Below are positions 58,778 to 64,000 of a stretch of 64,000 nucleotides of DNA, piece by piece. The stretch's first letter is position 1; every line of letters starts with the position of its first letter. Both the position numbers and the translations under genes were made by a program. The stretch lies in NCBI GenBank assembly GCA_036337435.1, contig JAYZEG010000066.1, positions 1-64,000 on the forward strand. Reading direction: 5' to 3'. The stretch comes from Myxococcota bacterium (GTDB taxonomy: Bacteria; Myxococcota_A; Bradymonadia; UBA7976; UBA1532). The notes below the pieces were generated by a model. It was not told where the DNA came from and did no database searches. It worked only from the letters and a program-made list of their open reading frames with translations.

Positions 58778-60354
58778 TAGATTTCCATCGTTTTTTGGAA
58801 CGCCACATTCGGGTACTGTTCCTCAGCGTAACCAATGGCCCATGCGCTCTGTGCAATGAAGGTATAATGACCAGCTATGTCCGTATAGATGCGGCGTCGG
58901 TTCTCAGATACAAATCGCTCTAACTCCCCTTTGTCGTCAGCATCGACCCAGCAAGCAGCGGCAAGTGGTACGCCTTCGAACCTGGCTCTGACTCGATATT
59001 CCATTTCGAGCCGAGACGCGATCACATCAAATTGCAAGCTCCCAAGCGCGCCGATGATATAGTCGCTTCCCTCCAATGGTCTGAAGAATTGCGCAGCACC
59101 CTCTTCTGAGAGTTCTTGCAGCCCCTTGACCAGTGCTTTTGATTTCAACGGATCCATCAGCTGGACACGCCTGAACAACTCTGGTGCAAAAGCTGGGATG
59201 CCCGTAAATTTCAATTCTTCGCCCTGGCTAAAGGTGTCTCCAATCCGAATCCCTCCGTGATTATGAATCCCGATAATATCGCCAGGGAATGCCTGTTGGG
59301 TCACCACCCTGTCCTTTGCTAAAAATGTGGTGGCGTTGTTGACCGCCATCATCTTCCCCGTGCGGACGTGACATAACTTCATCCCTCGGTTGTATTCGCC
59401 AGAGGTGATTCGAACGAAGGCCATTCGGTCATGATGCGCCTTGTCTAGGTTTGCCTGAATCTTAAAACAGAAGCCGGTGAACTTGGTTTCTTCGGGTTCG
59501 ACAACCCGTTGTAGCGTTGCTCTGGGCAGAGGTGACGGCGCGTAATCTACAAATTGGTCTAGGAGTTCCTTCACACCAAAATTGTTGATGGCACTCCCAA
59601 AGAATACAGGCGTCTGGAGGCCTGCGTTATATGCCTCAACGTCAAAGCTGTCGAGCGCATCGAGTAACTCGACATCGTCACGCAATCGGTCGGCGTGCTC
59701 AGCTGTGAGGTAATTCTCAAGTTCACTACTGGCCAAGTCGTCCAACACGATGCGCTCGTTTCGACGGCCACGTTCCGACGGCTGATAGAATACAACTTGC
59801 TTGTTGATTAGGTCATAGACCCCTTCAAACTCCTTACCCATGCCAATGGGCCACGTCACGGGAACACAGGACAATTTTAATCGATCTTCAACATTTTGCA
59901 TGAGGTCAAAAGGGTCAAGTCCCTCGCGATCGAGCTTATTTGAAAATGTGATGACCGGCGTATCTCTGAGACGACAAACGTCCATGAGTGCCTGGGTCCG
60001 TTCCTCAACGCCCTTCGCATTATCGAGGACCATCAAAGCACTATCGACTGCGGTCAGCACCCGGTAGGTGTCTTCACTAAAGTCTTCATGTCCAGGGGTA
60101 TCGAGGAGATTAACCGCCACATCCCGATATTCGAAACTCATGACCGCTGTGCTGACAGAGATTCCTCTCTCTTGCTCGACCTTGAGGAAGTCTGACGCAG
60201 CGTGCCTGTCCGCTCGACGTGCTTTGACAGCGCCCGCCATTTGAATTGCCCCTCCAAATAACAGTAATTTCTCTGTAATGGTCGTCTTCCCCGCATCTGG
60301 ATGACTGATGATTGCAAAGGTGCGGCGCCGTCTGATTTCGTCGAGTCTGTTCAT
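58777..60354 (-). CDS. prfC: Peptide chain release factor 3
   Basis: RRRTFAIISHPDAGKTT, DTPGHEDFSEDTYR, NKLDR, FKIQAN. Confidence 0.98.
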   Translation of the reverse strand: MNRLDEIRRRRTFAIISHPDAGKTTITEKLLLFGGAIQMAGAVKARRADRHAASDFLKVEQERGISVSTAVMSFEYRDVAVNLLDTPGHEDFSEDTYRVLTAVDSALMVLDNAKGVEERTQALMDVCRLRDTPVITFSNKLDREGLDPFDLMQNVEDRLKLSCVPVTWPIGMGKEFEGVYDLINKQVVFYQPSERGRRNERIVLDDLASSELENYLTAEHADRLRDDVELLDALDSFDVEAYNAGLQTPVFFGSAINNFGVKELLDQFVDYAPSPLPRATLQRVVEPEETKFTGFCFKIQANLDKAHHDRMAFVRITSGEYNRGMKLCHVRTGKMMAVNNATTFLAKDRVVTQQAFPGDIIGIHNHGGIRIGDTFSQGEELKFTGIPAFAPELFRRVQLMDPLKSKALVKGLQELSEEGAAQFFRPLEGSDYIIGALGSLQFDVIASRLEMEYRVRARFEGVPLAAACWVDADDKGELERFVSENRRRIYTDIAGHYTFIAQSAWAIGYAEEQYPNVAFQKTMEI

Positions 60355-60451
60355 GGTCCGGCATAGTGGCGACTGCAGGGCCGGAAGTCAATCGATGTAA
60401 AATCAATGGCTGTAGATAGACTCCATGTACTCACCAAGGTAGCCTATTCAA

Positions 60452-61273
60452 ATGAAGTATGTGTTCATCTTGAGTCTGCTGTGTTTCGGTTGTTCAAAAA
60501 CACCTGAGGCGTCTGCACCAATCAAGCTTAGACTGAAATCCCCCGATCTCGAGCAGCCCCTATGGCAGCGTTATCGGCGGTCACAGACGAGCGACCGTTT
60601 GCTCAGTCAAAAAGGCGCGCAAGATATCGCGGCTGAGTTTGGAAGACTTCGGTTTTTATCAACGCGCACGGATGTCGAGCCATACCAAATTGAGCGCGCG
60701 CGAAGAGAGCTTGAAAAGTCGGCATGGTCCTATTTAAATGGGACTACGCCGTCGACTTACATGAAGCTCGGCCGGATTATGGCGCGTCGTTTCATCAACT
60801 CGATCTCGAACCGAATCAAACAGTCGGCATCTTTAACTGCTGACACCGACAGCCAAAACCATAAGGAGTATCTATCCCAAGTCGGCACGTTTACCCGTGA
60901 TGCGATACGAGATGGCTGGGTGCCAACCACAATGACGCCACTGACGGAATGCATGTTCACAGCAATATACATGCACGATTGGATGAGGCCTGTGGAGGGG
61001 CGGATCGCCATTCAGGATTATTTAGACCCACTGGAACGCTACTGTGAATTGCGTTGGCGAGTTGAAAGGGCTGTGAGTGTCTCATTGAAAGCTCGACTTG
61101 AGGCCATTGAAGAACTTAAAGCCGTGCATTCATATCCTGTCGACTACAATCGGATTGCGTTGCTGCTCAACGCGGGACAAATCAATCGGGTATCCACCTT
61201 GCTCATCCAGTACAAAGGTGCTGACAAAGCACTATTGACCCGGCATTTGAAACAATATGGTCAGCCACAATGA
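60452..61273 (+). CDS. Hypothetical lipoprotein
   Basis: Short signal peptide with CFGC lipobox; helical. Confidence 0.65.
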   Translation: MKYVFILSLLCFGCSKTPEASAPIKLRLKSPDLEQPLWQRYRRSQTSDRLLSQKGAQDIAAEFGRLRFLSTRTDVEPYQIERARRELEKSAWSYLNGTTPSTYMKLGRIMARRFINSISNRIKQSASLTADTDSQNHKEYLSQVGTFTRDAIRDGWVPTTMTPLTECMFTAIYMHDWMRPVEGRIAIQDYLDPLERYCELRWRVERAVSVSLKARLEAIEELKAVHSYPVDYNRIALLLNAGQINRVSTLLIQYKGADKALLTRHLKQYGQPQ

Positions 61274-61779
61274 CTTCGAGAGATACAATTCGACGGCGTT
61301 ATGACGTCTTCGCGAAGCATTACGATGAGGTCTTCGTGTCACGCCAAGTCGAAAAGCTGAAATGCGTGCAGAAATTTATGCCAAACGGCTGCCCAGAACG
61401 TGCACTTGATGCTGGTGGTGGGACTGGAATCGCCGCGCGTTTCTTTGGTTATCCCTTTGTGAATCTAGATGTATCTCAGGGAATGCTGAGATACGCTGAC
61501 GGCCATCGTGTCCAGGCCGATATTTGCGCGCTTCCATTTGCGCAAGATACTTTCGACCTCATTCTCAGTTTGAGCGTCCTCAAGGATTCGACGCCAATTG
61601 ATCGGGCACTGACCGAGTTCCATCGAGTTCTTAAACCCGGGGGCCTATTGGTGCTGAGCATTTTGAAGACAGAAGATTTGGCCAGTGCCGAAGTTTTGGT
61701 TAAACAAACCTTTAACAGACAGGCTCAAAGAGAAGATTTAGGGCCTGATCTTGGCTTTATTGTTGAAAAAGTCCGCTAA
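61270..61779 (+). CDS. Class I SAM-dependent methyltransferase
   Basis: ALDAGGGTG, LDVSQGML, LPFAQDTFD, HRVLKPGG. Confidence 0.9.
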   Translation: MTSRDTIRRRYDVFAKHYDEVFVSRQVEKLKCVQKFMPNGCPERALDAGGGTGIAARFFGYPFVNLDVSQGMLRYADGHRVQADICALPFAQDTFDLILSLSVLKDSTPIDRALTEFHRVLKPGGLLVLSILKTEDLASAEVLVKQTFNRQAQREDLGPDLGFIVEKVR

Positions 61780-61798
61780 GCACTGCTACTCCGGCGCC

Positions 61799-62575
61799 AT
61801 GGATGGCCTGGAAAAGAAACTAGCAAGACAAATTTCGCAAGCAAACCGGCGCTTCGGTCTCATCGAACATGATGACCGTGTTATGGTCGCTGTGTCTGGT
61901 GGTAAAGACTCTTGGAGTCTGCTGTCGCTCCTACGCGTCTATCGAAATCAAGTTCCCTTCGATTTTTCCATCATCGCAGTCACCATCGACCAAGGACAGC
62001 CTGGGTTTGATGGTGAGCACCTCGAGGCATACTACAAGACGCATGAATACGATTACCGTGTCGTCTACAAGGATACGTACTCGGTGGTTGTTGACAAGAC
62101 GCCTGAGGGTAAAGCGTACTGCTCGCTGTGTTCGCGGATGCGTCGAGGCATTCTCTATCGACAAGCCGCGGAACTCGGCGCGACGAAAATCGCCCTTGGT
62201 CACCACCGTGATGACTTGATCGAAACGCTCTTACTCAATCAATTTTATTCGGGTCGAGTCCGTTCGATGGCACCCAAATTGGTCGAAGCCGACGGAGGTG
62301 CGGCAATCATTCGACCACTTGTATTCAGTGCAGAAAAAGACCTTCTCAAATATTCCATAGAGAAGAATTTTCCCATCATACCCTGTAATTTGTGTGGGAG
62401 TCAGGCCAATCTAAAACGTCACGAAATTAAACGGCTCTTGACATCTCTCGAGTCAACCAACCCACGCATCCGCGGTAATCTACTCGCGTCTCTCGGTAAC
62501 ATCGATACAACCCATCTGTTACTTGGTAAACCAGATGCGGCTGCCGACGAATTGTATCTCATAGACGGCTTTTGA
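61799..62575 (+). CDS. ttcA: tRNA 2-thiocytidine(32) synthetase
   Basis: SGGKDS, CSLCSRMRRG, GHHRDD, IRPL, PCNLCGSQ. Confidence 0.95.
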   Translation: MDGLEKKLARQISQANRRFGLIEHDDRVMVAVSGGKDSWSLLSLLRVYRNQVPFDFSIIAVTIDQGQPGFDGEHLEAYYKTHEYDYRVVYKDTYSVVVDKTPEGKAYCSLCSRMRRGILYRQAAELGATKIALGHHRDDLIETLLLNQFYSGRVRSMAPKLVEADGGAAIIRPLVFSAEKDLLKYSIEKNFPIIPCNLCGSQANLKRHEIKRLLTSLESTNPRIRGNLLASLGNIDTTHLLLGKPDAAADELYLIDGF

Positions 62576-63284
62576 CGTATCGTTCTACGATGAGATCAGA
62601 GCGACGTACGGTCGATAGGTACCACTTCGCCAGTAAATATTCTTTTCGTGCTTCCGGCAAATCACCCTCTTCACCATCCCGTGCCAAACGGTCCCGCCGC
62701 CGAGTCACTAAGTTGGACAATGTCATCGCGACACTAACCGTCACATTAAAGCTTTCGGTAAAACCATACATTGGCAACCGGAACACCTGGTCACAGGCAG
62801 CCGCTGTCTCATCGCGAATCCCGTCGCGTTCATTCCCAAATAAGACCAAGAGCGGTCGTTCTATATCGATATCAGAAATGGTTTTTCTGGCATGTGGGCT
62901 GGTCCCTAAAATGCTCATTTGCCGCTTTTGCGCCCACTGAATTAAATGAGCACTGCTGGGCACTCTATGAAGCTCGACCCATCGGTGAGCGTACATGTTC
63001 ACGCCTGAGGTGACAGGGTTTTTCGGGAGTTCAGGCATGGGGTATTCGTGCCGCAATTCGGCGGCAACCACATCTTGAATGCCCAAGGACTCGGCGGTGC
63101 GAAGGCAGGCTGCACCATTAAACGAATTCGCTAAGTCTTCAACACCCAGAGCGATGGAACACAAGCGTGCATCCAAAACGCGTTTCATCTTATCTCGACG
63201 TTCGTCTGAAACGAGATTCTCGAGAGCATCGATGATGTGTGCCGGCGGCACGGATATGCGGCCGCATTGTATCTCGTCAACCAT
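62559..63284 (-). CDS. trmH: SPOUT tRNA methyltransferase, TrmH family
   Basis: NGAACLRTAES, FGNERDG, PMYGFTESFNVTVS; likely ATG at 63284. Confidence 0.88.
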   Translation of the reverse strand: MVDEIQCGRISVPPAHIIDALENLVSDERRDKMKRVLDARLCSIALGVEDLANSFNGAACLRTAESLGIQDVVAAELRHEYPMPELPKNPVTSGVNMYAHRWVELHRVPSSAHLIQWAQKRQMSILGTSPHARKTISDIDIERPLLVLFGNERDGIRDETAAACDQVFRLPMYGFTESFNVTVSVAMTLSNLVTRRRDRLARDGEEGDLPEARKEYLLAKWYLSTVRRSDLIVERYVKSRL

Positions 63285-63479
63285 GAATAACCTGTCCTTA
63301 GTAACCCTAAATGGAGTCATTATAAAGACCTGTAACTGCTGTGATACTGGACTCATCGACTCCTTTTATCAACCCCAAAAATCCTTCGAAAAAACGGTGT
63401 TTTCGCTATGGTTATTCACTAATCCATTCGCTATATACCGTCTGTGTTTTGGGGACTTAGGCACGTTAACAGGTGGGGA

Positions 63480-64000
63480 ATGATGATGACGGAAAGTAGG
63501 CATTTTATGGACGGGCGAACTCTGGTTGCCGAATTTGATATCCGGCCGAGTGGAGTTGTTTACCGCAATGCGGATGTCAATGCGCTCTATCAAGCGGCAA
63601 TTCAAACGGGGCAAGCGAAGCGTTTGGCCAACGGTGCGTTGTTTCAGGACACAACCCCGTATTTCGGGCGTGCCGCAAAATCGTCGTTTTATGTCAACGA
63701 CCCGAGCATTCGCTTCGATGGCAAATCGCTTGACGACTTGATGGCGTGGGGTAATCCTGACGCCGGCGAGTATGACAATCTACCCATTGCCCCTGACATC
63801 TATACACGGCTCAGGCAGCGGGTGACCGAGTATCTATCGAATGCCGGTGACCTCTACGTAAATGATGCCTGGAGTGGGCGGACAGAAACAAGTCGAATCG
63901 GCGTTCGCGTGATCACATCACGCCCAGCCAGCGCGTTGTTCGCCCGTAACATATTCTTGCGCCTCCAAGACGCTGAAATGGGGATGTTTCGACCCGATTG
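63480..64000 (+). CDS. pckA: Phosphoenolpyruvate carboxykinase (ATP), 5' part running off the window
   Basis: Not in the ORF track. Hand translation gives VYRNADVNALYQ...NGALFQDTTPYFGRAAKSSF...LYVNDAWSG...RIGVRVIT...ALFARNIFLR, colinear with the PckA N-terminus. Confidence 0.8.
   Translation, partial: MMMTESRHFMDGRTLVAEFDIRPSGVVYRNADVNALYQAAIQTGQAKRLANGALFQDTTPYFGRAAKSSFYVNDPSIRFDGKSLDDLMAWGNPDAGEYDNLPIAPDIYTRLRQRVTEYLSNAGDLYVNDAWSGRTETSRIGVRVITSRPASALFARNIFLRLQDAEMGMFRPD

Overview
Gene-dense chromosomal window of about 50 CDS (GC roughly 50-55% by eye) from a bacterium that looks like a Myxococcota/deltaproteobacterial lineage. The signs are MYXO-CTERM-like tails, Cys-rich surface proteins, PEGA proteins, a Ser/Thr kinase-FGE fusion, a CdnL/CarD gene and a type IVa minor-pilin cluster. 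Housekeeping genes (rlmG, asd, truA, bamD, nadC, plsY, yitJ-like, ubiB-like, murJ, prfC, ttcA, trmH-like, partial pckA) are interleaved with many envelope genes. I saw no rRNA, tRNA, CRISPR array or mobile element. The most notable region is 39.2-51.3 kb. A fimU-pilV-pilW-pilX-pilY1 operon has PilY1 cleanly split into two separately secreted polypeptides. It sits back-to-back with an operon encoding an outer-membrane beta-barrel, an 11-heme c-type cytochrome, a lipoprotein and a FadL-like channel. Other leads: a degenerate flagellin-like protein with sigma28-like motifs, an Rrf2-JAB-LarE sulfur-transfer cassette, a matrixin with a possible TIMP-like partner, a catalytically dead CPBP protease coupled to murJ, a triple Pho-box-like repeat, a structured leader upstream of cdnL, and a repeated leaderless-mRNA promoter signature. 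All family calls come from motif recognition by eye; no searches were run.
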